Shown: positions 13,090 to 25,391 of the stretch, in pieces
How positions within the stretch are numbered: position 1 is the first letter of the stretch
Layout: every line of letters begins with the position of its first letter
DNA from: Mobula hypostoma
Taxonomy: Eukaryota
Direction of reading: 5' to 3'
Assembly (NCBI RefSeq): GCF_963921235.1
Contig: NC_086108.1
Span: 41,418,001 to 41,482,000 of the forward strand
Length of the DNA: 64,000 bases
The notes under the pieces: model-generated
Told to the model about the DNA's origin: nothing
Databases searched by the model: none
Seen by the model: the letters and a program-made list of their open reading frames with translations, nothing else
Position numbers and translations under genes: made by a program

Positions 13090-14349
13090 TGCTGAAGTGT
13101 GAATTTGCTATGCATTTTAGTCACTCAAAACTGAAAGCAGATGAAGGCACCTGATGGGGTACAAACCAACCCATATCTACCGTTTCCTCGTTTGTTATAC
13201 TAAAATAATTTTTTTAATTTGATAGTTTCGAAGCCATTCTTGGATAGGAGTCATTGTCAATATATGTGCAAGAGTTTTACAGTAAAGTTTGTAAATCAGC
13301 ATATGTAATAGGCTGTGTGTTTTGTTTAGATAGTGTAAATCATTAACCAAAGATATGGGAAGTTTTGTCTCTGCCTCCTGAGCATTAACTTCTCTCTGGG
13401 TACATCACAAAAATCAAAATCTTGCAGGAAAGTCACCACCAAAAACAGAATTAGCTTGGGAAACCTTTCAATAAAATTATTGAAATAAAAATTTCAGAGA
13501 ATTACATCAGTGGCATGCATTCTTTGCTAATTAATATCTCCTTCGAGTTGTCCCTATTCAAGAAAAGATAACTGACCTAAAAGCTTGCTCCATTTCACAT
13601 TCCACAAAAGCTGCCTGATATGCTGACAGTTCTTAGATATTCTGTTTTATTTCTTATTTCCAGCAGCCACAGTATTTTGGCTTTTGTAAGAGGAGGTTGA
13701 GTTTTATTAGATTTCACAAATAGAAGCAAAGCTATGAAGTCTAATATCCATTCTGAGAAACAGCATAAGCCTCTCCGAGATATAGGAAGTTACAGTCCAG
13801 ACTCTGTGGTCACAAGTATGGAAAACAAATTGAATCCACACCTTGCCAGCACAGGAGGAGTGCAACTACTGACCAATACTGGCACAGAAAATAAATTTTC
13901 ACGGAGCCATCACCATGTGTAAAGATGAGAAAAGAGGAAGAGAAACCTCGTTCTACCAATTATAATTGTGACCATTACAAAACTCAACGGTTGTGCAATC
14001 AATTAATGGAATGTTTGTAAATACCCATGCTGATGAAAGTAGTCATTCTCCCTTATTGATAACCAATATTTTACGTTCATCCAAAAGCACTTCCACAATT
14101 CTCAAACCGTTAAGTAATGATCCTGATAGTCAAAGATAATGCAAAATAGCCTTAATAGAGATTTGGATAAAAGTTCTAGGATGGCACTCCAGATCAGCAC
14201 TGAGCCTTGCCTTTCAGATGGCAAAACAGAGGGCAAAATCAGTTTGACTGAAAAAGAGCATGTAATATTTTGAAGAAAAACAGTGTGGCTATCTCAATGT
14301 CCTGCTCAATAGTTTTCTCACTTTCAACATCTAAAGCAGATTATCTGAT

Positions 14350-14475
14350 CTGATGAAGGGTCTTGGCCTGAAATATCAACTCTTTATTCCCTTCCATGGA
14401 TGCTGTCTGACCTGAAATGAGTTCTTCCAGCATTTTGAGTGCATTACCTTGGATTTCTAGCATCTACAAAAGCTC
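14350..14475 (+). mobile_element. Solo Penelope-like pLTR remnant with hammerhead core boxes
   Basis: CTGATGA-AGGGTCTTGGCCT-GAAA-TATC followed by CCATGGATGCTGTCTGACCTG..CCAGCATTTT. Confidence 0.75.
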
Positions 14476-15558
14476 TTGAATTTATCAGATCTTTATGTCG
14501 CTTCTGTTTGTGGTATCTGATGGAGCATGGTGTTTTGCAGAATTTCCATGGTGTAACAGTAAAAATAATCCAAAATGAATTGCTTGATTTTCCAGAACAA
14601 ATTTTCACTGACGTGTTCATTTTAAAAAGTAGCATTTTACAAAAATGAACATTTGTTTTTTTTATTTTTACAGCTTTAGAACTTTATCTAGAAAACAAGC
14701 TCATTACTTAGAACTTCCTGTTACTAGCTGAAATAGTTATCATTTAAGGCTCATGGTATCGAGATTGGGCCTAATCCATTTAGAGAAGTTTGATGTTTAG
14801 GGTTCATATTTAGAAACTTCACCAATTTTGAGTTAACACTTTGTGCACTGAAGAAGAATTGCAGCTTTGAAGTCCAAATTCTTTTTCCGTTAATGTTCAT
14901 TACCAGTGTTGTGATGAATGGCCTGACTTTGCAAAGTTTTAATTTAGCCCAAGTCCCATATATCATATCAATTCACCTATGGTATCTGTTGTACTATAGT
15001 GATTAGGAACAGCAAAATGCAGCAAATGACGTTTGTGTAGTGCTTCTCAGAACCACAGAAAATCCAAATGAAATTTGCAGCTATTTTGAAGAAATTTCAC
15101 CATGACTGCTTTCTAGGCAGGCTGTCAAATTTTAGGCTGACTTGTTTCCACTACAGAATTTTGAGTGTGAAAGAATACTGTGAGTGATTTATTTTAACAC
15201 TGAGTGACCATTGCACACTGGCTACTGCATGGTCTTGACTGAGTGAGGTCTTGATCCAATGTCAAGGAGGTCACAGATAACTAAACACCATGCTGTGCTC
15301 AAAAGACTAGGCACAGACACACATACACTGACTTCATGTGTACACCCAGCACATATTCTAACCATATACAGCTGCACTCTTACTATACATGCTTTATTGG
15401 GTAAACACATACACACACACAATTTTCTCAACTACGCCCTCTTTCTCAACTGCACTCCCAACTTTAATACCCGCCTTCAGTCTCCTCTTCCTTAAAGCTC
15501 CCTCCCATTGTCATCTCCCTGTCAACCCCTTCCCTCTTTACTCACCCCTCTCTCTGAC

Positions 15559-15870
15559 TTGCTTACTTACTGCCGGTTATGCCTGCTGGCATTTAGGGCA
15601 GCAACGAAGGTCCGCCATCTCTGTCTGTCCTCGGCCATCATTCTTCATTACTGTTTCCATAGTAATTAAATTTGGCCAATCAGGATTGTTAGCACTGAGA
15701 TGAACCCCTGAACCTGGAGGACCGGTGGATCACTCTTAGTCTGGCCTCTACCCTTTAACTTGCTTGGCAAGGGTGACCCCACCAAAAGCCACAACGTAAA
15801 GCCCTGACTCCAGGCAGCATAGTTCTCTGGGTCATTGAAGCACACAAGCCTTCAAACCATGACAAGCCTG
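15559..15870 (-). mobile_element. Bipartite non-autonomous RTE derivative (5' UTR piece joined to 3' end)
   Basis: Minus strand reads CTTGTCATGG..GGCTTG..TCAATGACCC..GGGTCACCC..GGCCAGACTAAGAG (resembles RTE/Expander 5' UTRs), then TGGCCGAGGACAGACAGAGATGGCGG..CTGCCCTAAATGCC and a (TAAG)n tail. Confidence 0.6.
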
Positions 15871-17651
15871 TGGTCCTCTTGGAGCCTTCCCTCAGACCCT
15901 TTCCCCACAAATCCCCCTTCACGCACTCCGCTCATAATGAGAAAAATAGACCAAATGTTTTCTACCTTCAAATAGTTGTAATGATTTTGCCTCTGATCTT
16001 TGAATGTTCTACCATTAGAGGACATAGTGAAGAGGACAGTCAGAAGCAATCATTAGCATTCACCATTGTTGAACTTTTAATAACTTAAGTCAACTTCTCA
16101 CCAAAGCAAAGCTCCTGATTTGAGGTCATACCATTCAAGGGATCTATTTGTCTAGCTGTGTATTTTATAAGCAGCTCCCTCTTTGTTAATGGACTGAATG
16201 GCCTCATTCTCTTTTCTGATAACAGTATTCTGAGTTCACCACCATAATACCAAGCAAGAGCGATCTTCGCTTTCAAGAACGAAATAAAAATGTTTACTAA
16301 TAGTATTATCACCAGATATTTAAAAAATCAACTTCCCACATAGTGCCACCTCATCCTCCTCTGCACCAGTGTCAACCACAATCTGCTGCATTTTAAACCA
16401 AATTGCACCAACGCACAATTTTACCATTTGCCAGAAGGACAGAATTTCAGGAAAGTTTTCAGAACATTTTGTTCTCGAAACTAGGTATGACCAGAAATAT
16501 TCTCCAAAGTGGTGACCCTGCAGTTTTATTTCAGGTATTAAAATGTACACTCACTTCTGAAATCCCCCCTTGCAAGATAGTTCTTAGCAATATAGCTACC
16601 AGTGAGTGTTGCACCTCCTCTCATGGGTTCATTAATTCAAATCCGCAGCATGGCAAGGGTTTTCAACTGTTTGTACTTAGCATCTCAGAGAGCTATTTAA
16701 AATACTGGAAAACTGTAAAATTTAAGACATGCAGAGAAGCATACAGACCTCTGACCCAGAAGATTATGGTGCTGGATAAGACCTAAAATAGTACTGTATT
16801 AATCAATCTGTTAATATGTAGCCTTGAGACTACAGTTAGTAATGCAGTGTGACGCTGAATCCTAAAGTGATCAATTAATATTCCAAGTAATAGAAAGAAA
16901 TCCAACATGGGATATGCTTAACACTTTATAATACCCCAAAAGACAAAAGCACTGAAGCAAATCAAGGTATGAAGGGAACATGCTGACAAATTTTAAAGTA
17001 AGATTCTCATAAGTGAGGAAGACTAGATAGCACGCAATCTACCAAAGGTCATTTGATTTATGATCAAATCATATAAATCATAATTATTATTTTGTAATTA
17101 CACAGAGGCTACAAACTTGGTGAAAGAAAAACAGACTCGCAGGTGAAAAGCCAAACAAATTTCACACGGGGCTGGGACCAGTATTTGTCTTTCATTAAGT
17201 TTACTTGCAAATTTTATTTATATCATTTCATTACAATTTAAAATGGAGAAGAAACTTGCTCAGTACAAGGTTAATTTTGGTCTTCTGTACCAGCCACTTT
17301 TAAATTTTAGCAGTACACCCGCACTTCCCAGATGAGCAGCCCAGCATTCAATGCAGTGAAATATGACTCACAGAAGGGGAATGCAAGAGTGAGCCTCTGT
17401 GCATATGTACTGTGTATTAGGCATTAATTGGGAAACATTGTTTTGTTCAGGTAATTTTTTTTTCTATATAGCCACAGTTGCAGGATGTCTCAAACCACTT
17501 TTAGTGGTGTACTCTTATGAAGAAGCATTTGGGAACATAGCTGCCAATTTATGCACACAAAGATCCCACAAACCACAAGGTGTTAACAAACAGAAACAGT
17601 TTTAGTAATATTGATTGAGATATCCACATTGTTCATGACATTGAGAATAAA

Positions 17652-18270
17652 TCATAGATTCATAGAGTCATTCAGCATGGAAATAGGCTCTGTGACCCAC
17701 TTATCCACGCTTACTGTGTTAACCAGCAAGCTAGTCCCATGTGCGTGCATTTGGCCCATAGCCCTCTAAACCTCCCCCATCCATACGCTTATCTAGATAT
17801 CTCCAATGTGGCTATTTCAACCGCTATATCTGGCAGCTCATTCCAAGTATGAAGAAGTTGTCCTGCCTGTCCATTTTGAATCTCTCGTTTCTCTCTTAAA
17901 CATGTGGTTTCTTGTTTCCAGCATCCCCTCCCCAAGAAAAAGATTATGTACTTTCACCCTGTCTATGCCCCTTGTGATTTACATACCTCTGTCAGATCGC
18001 TCTCAATCTCCATCATTTCAGGGAATAAAGTCCTCGTCTATGTAACCTCTCCTTGTAACTCAGGCCCTTAAGTCCAGGCAACATCTTCTCTGCACTCCTT
18101 CTTTAATAACACTTTTCCAAAACTGTTTACAGAATTCCAAGTTCAGCCTCACAAACGATTTATATAACGGCCAGATAATTTCCCAAATCCTGTACTCATT
18201 GCCCTGACCAATGAAGGCCATTGTGCCAAACATTGCCTTCACCGCCTAGCCGCACATTACGCGGCTTTCA
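17652..18270 (-). mobile_element. Degenerate CR1 3' fragment
   Basis: ORF 18060-18242 LYKSFVRLNLEFCKQFW; CATAGA-type tail at 17652-17670. Confidence 0.75.
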
Positions 18271-18859
18271 GTGAAATATTCACTTGCAAGCAAGGCCTTA
18301 TCATTTACTTTTCATAAAAGATGCATCTGTCTTATAAAGGTCACTCCTACCTCAGTAATTCTAAGTTTCCAGTGTCAAACAGTGTTAGAGATGCCGTTGT
18401 ATCAGGTTTTCTTCAGAGATCCTTTAATACTAGTTCTAAAGCAGTTCTGGTGGCCTCCCTCATCCAATGCTTTTCTGCTTTAAGGACAACAGATGTCATC
18501 AGCATCTCTCCTCACAGCCCTGACCTCAAGTAGCAGCTTCCAAAGGATCACACTGCTGTAGAACCTGTTGGCTACCTAGGAGCTTTGGCAAGGGATAAAA
18601 TATATTGCAATGGTGGGATGAGTGTGGCAGAGGAACCCATAGGTATTTCTGAAGAAAGCTGCATGCAGGAGACAGCTCATGTGGAAGGAGTGCTCATGAT
18701 AGGAAGTTGCCGGGTAGGTGTTTGGAAGGGTATGGATGCCTGTGCTTTGAACACTTTTCTCTACAGCCAAATGCCCCTTCCACATGTTCATTGCTCGAAG
18801 CATAAGCAACCCTCCATTTGCCATTTGAACTTCTGTTTTTTTAACTTCTGTGATACAGC

Positions 18860-19150
18860 AGTGGGAATGGGCGGTTAGTGCAGCGCTGTTGCCGCTCGGG
18901 GTGCCGGAGATCAAAGTCCAATTCCAGTGGCATCTGTAAGAAGTCTGTACTTGCTCCCTGGGTTTTCTCCAGGTGTTCTGGTTTCCTCCCATAGTGCAGA
19001 CGTTCAGGTTAGTAGGTTAATTAGTCACTGTAAATTGTCCCGTGATCAGGCCAGTGTTAAATCATAGGTTGCTTGGCGCCGTGGCTCGAAGGACCGGAAG
19101 GGCCTATTCTGCACTATATCGCTAAATAAATAAGTAAATAGATAGATAGG
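18860..19150 (+). mobile_element. tRNA-derived V-domain SINE (HE1-like) with a LINE-derived tail
   Basis: Degenerate tRNA head; V-domain TGGGTTTTCTCCAGGTGTTCTGGTTTCCTCCCA; GGTTAATTAGTCACTGTAAATTGTCC; GAAGGGCCTATTCTG; (TAAA)n tail. Confidence 0.75.
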
Positions 19151-19899
19151 TAGACTGTATGACAATATCAACAGAGGCACTTTGCAAAATTCGTGAAAAA
19201 GAGAGTGAGAGAGCCCCTGACATCGATCAGTAACCTCCTTGGATTTGTTTACTCTTTGAGATTTGATTGTGGCCTTCATAATGCCTGCACTGCCCGTAAA
19301 TTTAAAGTCAAGTCAACCCTCACTTTGGCAAATCCCTCTTATTATTGTAGCCGGGCGCTCATTCCTTGCCACTCAGTAACTGAAATGCTCCCATGCACAG
19401 TCCCTGTGTTGCTGAGCAGCTGGAATTAATTCTTTGACAGAATTTTAATATAATTTTGAAATTAAGCCATTATAAATTTGAAATCTATTTTAATATAATT
19501 GCAAAATACCCTGTAAATAAAATGATATGTTGAACTATGTGCTTAGAAACAAAGAATCTGAAGAATAGTCAATCCTTGTTGACATTGTTGGAACACTTCA
19601 GGCTTCCTGTGTTGACAGCCTTATGAATTCAATCAAATGTAAGTTCAGAAATAGACAAGAAATGGAAGATTGGGATGATCTAATAAGGATTAAGATGTAT
19701 CTTTCATATGGATGCAAAATTAATCTGGACAGTGTTTATGGATTTGTAATAAAGACCGATGAGAAAAAGCTGATGAAGCATGAAAGATTGTCTTTGTGGT
19801 ACTCTATTTCATTATACCCTTCAATTAATAAATGAAATCAAAAGTATGCAATTTTTCAATTAAAAAATTGAAAAATAAATTGAAGCATTCTGTACGTGA

Positions 19900-20130
19900 A
19901 GTGAGAATTCTTAGATGCAAATGCAGTGGGATGAGAACCAGAGGGCTAACGGAGCAGTTGTGGAGAAAGATATTGTGAAGCCTACATACAAAGTCAGGAA
20001 TCAAAAGGGTGAGCATGGTGGAACTAATGCTCTGAGTTGTGTATATTTCAATGCAAAGAGTATTGTAGGAAAGGCCGATGTGTTTAGGGCATGGATCAGC
20101 ATGTGGAATTATGACATTGTAGCCATTAGT
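19900..20130 (+). mobile_element. CR1 fragment, endonuclease N-terminus
   Basis: LSCVYFNAKSIVGKADVFRAWISMWNYDIVAIS. Confidence 0.8.
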
Positions 20131-21112
20131 TATTGTGACTCATTAATCAACATAAAATCTCCCCATCATTCCTTATTATTTCCTATTTGTATTGTTTCTG
20201 TACTTCTGCACGAATCAATCCCACATCAGTACACACATTTGTTGTTAATTTATGTCATGAGGACTTCTTTACTTTAAAGAGTCATTTCCTTGTTCAGGTG
20301 ATACACATAAGTAAATAATGGAAATGCAACATGTTGCCCTCATCCAAATAACGCTCAAAAAACTGTCCGGTGTTTTCACACTAACAGTGAACTTCAGTAT
20401 AATTTGGATCATCATTGATAATTTATCATTTTTTTAAACAGGGTTTCTCTGGGATTAGATTACTACAATAGAAGACATGTTATTCAGAATAAAGGTTATT
20501 CAATGTTATTGCTTAATAAATCCTTTAATTTCATGGGTCTTGTCCTGCTATATTTCTGTGAACTTGCTAAGACTTTGATTGCAACCACAATGAACAAATG
20601 ATGAAATCATTTGTGTGACCCTGAATTGCAGTTTGTAAGTCTTTGCATTTACTTAGACCACAACAAATCTTTATTTATCATTGTGAAAAAAATGCAACTA
20701 TATCCCTGAAAGGAAATTGGAGCAGAATTCCTCCAAAATATATGTTTTCAGCATATTGTTTAGGGATATGATTTACTGGTCCTAAAAATATGGGGACCAG
20801 GCAAAGGATAAATTATTGGTTTGAGAGGCTGAAAGGTATTATAGTGAGTAGCATTTTGTATGGGAAAGGAAGGAAATGGTCATATACTCAGCGCAGGAAG
20901 AATGAAACCAGACAATGAGATATGGGTGATGCACTCGTAGCAGGACATCCTTATTTAGACATTTCCCTGACCCGGTTTTGCAGTCCAGTGATTTCCTCAG
21001 ATAGTTATCACACTATGGACTTATCTGGTCCCATATGAGTGAGAGTATGGGACCAACTGCACCATTACCCTGTCACGCCAATGAACTAACATTTATCTTG
21101 ATTTTCTTTCAG

Positions 21113-21181
21113 GTTAAATTGTTCCAATGCAAGCAACAGGCTTATTGTTGAAGAAAAGGAAGAAATACCAGATACAGCATT
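21113..21181 (+). CDS. Candidate internal host exon, 69 nt (LNCSNASNRLIVEEKEEIPDTA); gene not identified
   Basis: Branch point ACTAAC (21085-21090), polypyrimidine tract, TTTCAG acceptor, donor GTATGT at 21182 (alternative GTGAGG at 21186). Only one frame is open. Confidence 0.4.
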
Positions 21182-21589
21182 GTATGTGAGGAAAAGTAAT
21201 ATTTTGAATTATTATAATCTATAATAATTCAAAATATTATTTACAATTATTAATTGAAAATCAGGTAAGAGTCAAGGCCAAGTGAAGTCAACAAAATTAT
21301 GTACAATAATAGACTTAAAGGTGCCTTTTATCAACATTGTAGGTCTTTATGGCAAAATAATGTTGAGTTCTTTCATATAGAAAACAGTTTTTAAGGAATT
21401 GCAGCTACAAATTAAATTATTTTTTTTCCTTACAGATCATTCACAATTTTCATTTTATTTGGAGTTGACAGTAAGAAGCAGATCCAGGTTTTATGAGAGC
21501 AAATAAAGTGGTAAGAAGGCAGCCAACAGCCAGGTTACAAACATCTGATGTCGTCTGGAATATAGAGTTTATTTGTTTTGTATTTTCAG

Positions 21590-21617
21590 GGCTCAGGAAA
21601 TACAACAGCTGCCCGAG
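21590..21617 (+). CDS. Candidate 28-nt micro-exon (AQEIQQLPE or GSGNTTAAR depending on phase)
   Basis: TTTGTTTTGTATTTTCAG acceptor and GAG|GTAAGG donor; open and phase-compatible with either donor of the 21113 exon. Confidence 0.4.
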
Positions 21618-21806
21618 GTAAGGACAGCTTCAGGCAGAAGCTGACAGCATCGCAGCGCTGGCTGTGAGCTAGGAGAACCAGGACTCTAACTTCACTACGT
21701 TCCAGAACATTCCGACCTTAATACAAGCCCCATCATGAAAACAGACTCTTGCCTGGGGTTTGGCAATGGTATTGGTATTGATACTTGCTTATTATTGACA
21801 CATGTA

Positions 21807-22360
21807 GCAAGATAGAGTGAAGATCCAAACTCAAGACAATATGGAGGGACAGCAACATCACCATGAAGTACAAGATCAGACTCCTGCGTTCATTGGTATT
21901 CTCCATCTTCCCGTACGCAGGAGAGACATAGACCCTCACAGCAGAGCTACAGAGGAAGAAACAAGTATTGGAAATGAGATGCTATCGCCACATTTTAGGC
22001 ATCTCATACTTGGACCACATCACAAACAAGTAGGTCTGCAACACCATCCAGCACCACATTGGCCCCCATGAAGACCTTCTCACAACGGTGAAGAAAAGAA
22101 AGCTGAGATGGTACGGCCACGTAACAAGATCCAGTGACCTTGCAAAGACTGTTCTACAAGGAACTGTGGAGGGGAAAAGAAGGAGGGGTAGACAGAGGAA
22201 AAGTTGGACAGACAACATTAAAAAATGGACAGGGAAAACATTTGCAGTGACCCAGGCTCTGGCACACAAACGCAACAGATGGAATAAACTGGTGCAAAGC
22301 TTGTCATGACGGTGTCACGATGACTCCACCAGGAGTTAAGGGCACAAGGCAAGGCAAGGC
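21807..22360 (+). mobile_element. RTE/RTEX-like LINE 3' fragment
   Basis: KKRKLRWYGHVTRSSDLAKTVLQGTVEGKRRRGRQRKSWTDNIKKW; (AAGGC)n tail at 22346-22360. Confidence 0.88.
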
Positions 22361-22564
22361 ACAGTTAGAACTTGTCTTGCATACTATTTATACAGATCAT
22401 TACACAGTGCATTGATCTAGAATTAGGTAGAACAATAGCAAAGTAGAATAAAGTGTTAAAGCTACCAAAAAAAACTGCAGTACAGTTAATCAAGGAGAAA
22501 CTGAGTGAATGGTTACATCCAAGACCCTCCATCAGATATGATGCATTAACTTCTCACCCACAAA

Positions 22565-22660
22565 ATGGTAACTCTGTTTCTCTTTCCACAGGTGCTCCAT
22601 GATCTGCTGAGAGTTTCCAGAATTTTCTGTTTTATTTCAGATTACTAACATTTGCATTAT
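22565..22660 (+). mobile_element. Old Penelope-like terminal remnant (similar decayed pieces at ~13590-13685, ~32920-33002 minus, ~35121-35225)
   Basis: TAACTCTGTTTCTCTTTCCACAGGTGCT..CTGCTGAGAGTTTCCAGAATTTTCTGTTTTATTTCAGATT resembles the pLTR downstream segment. Confidence 0.5.
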
Positions 22661-23319
22661 ATCTTATCGTCTATTTAAGCTCTACTATATGTAATATCCC
22701 AAAATTTTGCAGTCCAGTGCTGCACTTTTCACAAATTACTCATATAAGAATGTCCATGTTTTGATACCTCAAAAGTTCTGAAAAAAATCTACTGGCAAGA
22801 TTCTGAGGAAACTCTATAAACACCAAGCAGAGGATAACTGTTCTCTCTCCCCCCTGGAAGCTCCTGCTGCTGTGTATTACACAGAGACATTGTGACTTGT
22901 TCATCTGCTCTTTCTGCCAGAGGAATAAGTGTGACAAAGATAAATCATGAGACAAGAGAACAAAAGAGGGAGCATGTCTATAAAATTTATGCAAAATCTC
23001 TCAATGAGTTCAGCTAATTTCTGTAGAAGCAGATGAAGTGTCAAACTACAGAGTCTCATGAACTTATTAACTGAGATCTAATCACTAATTTCAAGATGTT
23101 CACTCCCTAGAAATGAATTTACCACAAAATTTGACCAAATCAGAGTAACTGTGCCACAGTTGTTATTAATTTTAAACTGAATATTATTTCAAAAACTTTA
23201 AGAACTGAAGGATTTGTTGGCCACGTACTGTGTCCAATGTAAAGGCAATTGAATGTATTTAGGGATGTCAGAAATGCCATTTCAGTATTGCTTGTAGTTG
23301 CGTTAATAATTTATTCTCA

Positions 23320-24175
23320 AGGTGAATGCAGAGGGGGTCGGCGCTGTCTCCCAATGGAAGAGCTCAACAGCTGGATCAGTGCATTTGGGCCTGGAGTGGC
23401 AGAATTTGGACCCAGGTCAGCGGTCAACCTTTACGGAAGGATTGAGTTCTCCTTGTATGCAGATGAAAAGACGTTTCCCATATTCTGAGATTTATGTGAC
23501 AATTAGACTGTACTTTATGAGAATCAGAATCAGAATCAGGTTTATCATCTTAGCAGCAGAGGTACAATGCAATACATAGCAATATAGAAAGAATAAATAA
23601 ATAAATAGTATTGTAAGTGTGTGTGTATAAGTATATATATAATATATAATAGATTAAAAATACTGCAAAAACAAAAATAATATACAGTATATTGAAAAAA
23701 GTGAGGTCGTTTTCATGGGTTCAATGTCCATTTAGGAATCATATGGTAGAGGGGAAGAAGCTGTTCCTGAATTGCTGAGTGTGTGCCTTCAGGCTTCTGT
23801 ACCTCCTTCCTGATGATAACAATCGGTGGGCAGGTGATCTGTTAATTTTTTTCTGTGTATGAGGGGGATTGGGGGTTTGGTGCTACTGTCGCTGTTCTTT
23901 TCTGCAAATGAGGGGACAGGGATTGTTATTGTGGCTGTTCTTTTCTGCGAGTGAAGGGGTCAGTGATTGCTATTGTGGCTGCTTTTTGCTGTGGGAAGGG
24001 GATTTTGGGGTTTGCGAGTTTTCTTTTTCGTGCCGGGGGGGTAGGGATTGATGTCTTTTCTTTCATCAACACCCATAGTCTTTCTGTACTTAATGGCTAT
24101 TTGGAAAAGACAAATATCAGAGTTGTATTGTACATGCATACATTGACAATAAAATAAACTTTTGAACCTTTGAAA
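23320..24175 (+). mobile_element. Non-coding retroposon with a Rex1-type 3' end, interrupted by an antisense Rex1-like tail
   Basis: Ends in GGCTATTTGGAAAAGACAAATATCAGAGTTGTATTG..AATAAA..TTTGAACCTTTGAA. The 5' boundary is uncertain. Confidence 0.55.
23520..23822 (-). mobile_element. Rex1/Babar-like 3' end
   Basis: (AGAATC)n tail on the plus strand; GGGGAAGAAGCTGTTCCTGAA..CCTTCAGGCTTCTGTACCTCCTTCCTGATG is shared with 39557-39960, 52110-52440 and 62734-62940. Confidence 0.8.
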
Positions 24176-24611
24176 GGGCCATATATATTTATATTGAAAA
24201 ACTGCAATCAATATTTGTTGTTAAAGTACCTTTTGGCTCAATAATTTACAGTTACTGGAAGCAGATACAGCAGTTTCATTGGAACATGAACAATGGCAGC
24301 AGCCTGTAATAATGCAGTATTTTTGCCATGGCAAATTCTCTGTAATTAGAATTAAACAAGGCAAAGTGAGATTTGACGGATAGATAATTCAAGGTGAAAG
24401 ATGTGTGTCTGAAGAAGGAGGAGGAAGTGGAGAGAGAATTCCTGAATGTGGTCACCTAAGGCCACTCAAGTTTAACAACAGAGTTTGTGAAAAGATTTGG
24501 TACAGCAGAAAAGGGAACAGGAGTGGAAGTTGGTTTTAGAAAAAAAAGTGAGGGCCATTGAAAGGAAAATGGTTCTATGAAAATGATAAAAACCTCATTC
24601 TATTTTCATAG

Positions 24612-24650
24612 GAAACAGGAACAGCAAGCAACCAAAGCAACTGAAGTGAC
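24612..24650 (+). CDS. Possible terminal coding exon start (ETGTASNQSN* or NRNSKQPKQLK*)
   Basis: CTCATTCTATTTTCATAG acceptor. Either phase from the 21590 exon reaches a stop within 13 codons. Weak. Confidence 0.2.
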
Positions 24651-24789
24651 AGAACATTGGTTTTGAATTATTTTACACGTAGGTGTAATTATTTTACATT
24701 ATAGGTGTGGGGAATTAGGACTCAGTTTATATCAGAATGAGAAGGGCAGGGAGGAAACAAAATGTGGTGCTGAATAGGCAGAAGTGACA

Positions 24790-25003
24790 CAAGAGAGACT
24801 ACAGATGTTGGAAACCTTGAGCAACACTTACAAAATGGTGGAAGTACAGCAGCTACGTAGGGCAATAAACAGTCAACTCTTCAGTCTGAGACCCATCATC
24901 AGGACTCAATGAAGATCAGTGATGAAGAGCCTCGGTTGAAATGCCAGCAGTTCATTTCCTTCCATAGATGCTGTCTGACCTGCTGAATACCTCCAACATT
25001 TTA
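24790..25003. mobile_element. Divergent (inverted) pair of Penelope-like pLTR remnants
   Basis: Minus copy 24790-24906 (AGTC-CTGATGA-TGGGTCTCAGACT-GAAG-AGTT-GACT); plus copy 24917-25003 (GTGATGAAGAGCCTCGGTTGAAATG..TCCATAGATGCTGTCTGACCTGCTGAA). Confidence 0.7.
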
Positions 25004-25391
25004 TAAGAGTTGAACAGGCAAAGGGCAATGTTGGATTAGATTATAAATTGTTATTTTACATGTGCTTTAACTTACTTTGTATTTGTTTATATGTTTGTAT
25101 AATCACCTGTTTGTATGTACAGTAACAATGCAATGCATTTTCAATAATCTGTACTATAACTGTTCTGTTTATTTGTCAGTAAGTCTGAGATGTGATGACG
25201 GTGTAAATCAAGACTGCTCTTGTTGTCTCATTGGCTGTTTTAATAAAAAAGAAATTCTTTTATCTGTCCAGCTTGAACCAGTTTTCAGTATAAAGAAAGA
25301 GCATGAGGCAGATTCTTTGTTAGAGTGAGTTGGTTACAGTTAGAACAGATAGAAGGGAGAATGAAAATCTAGCACAGTGGTGCCACAACAA

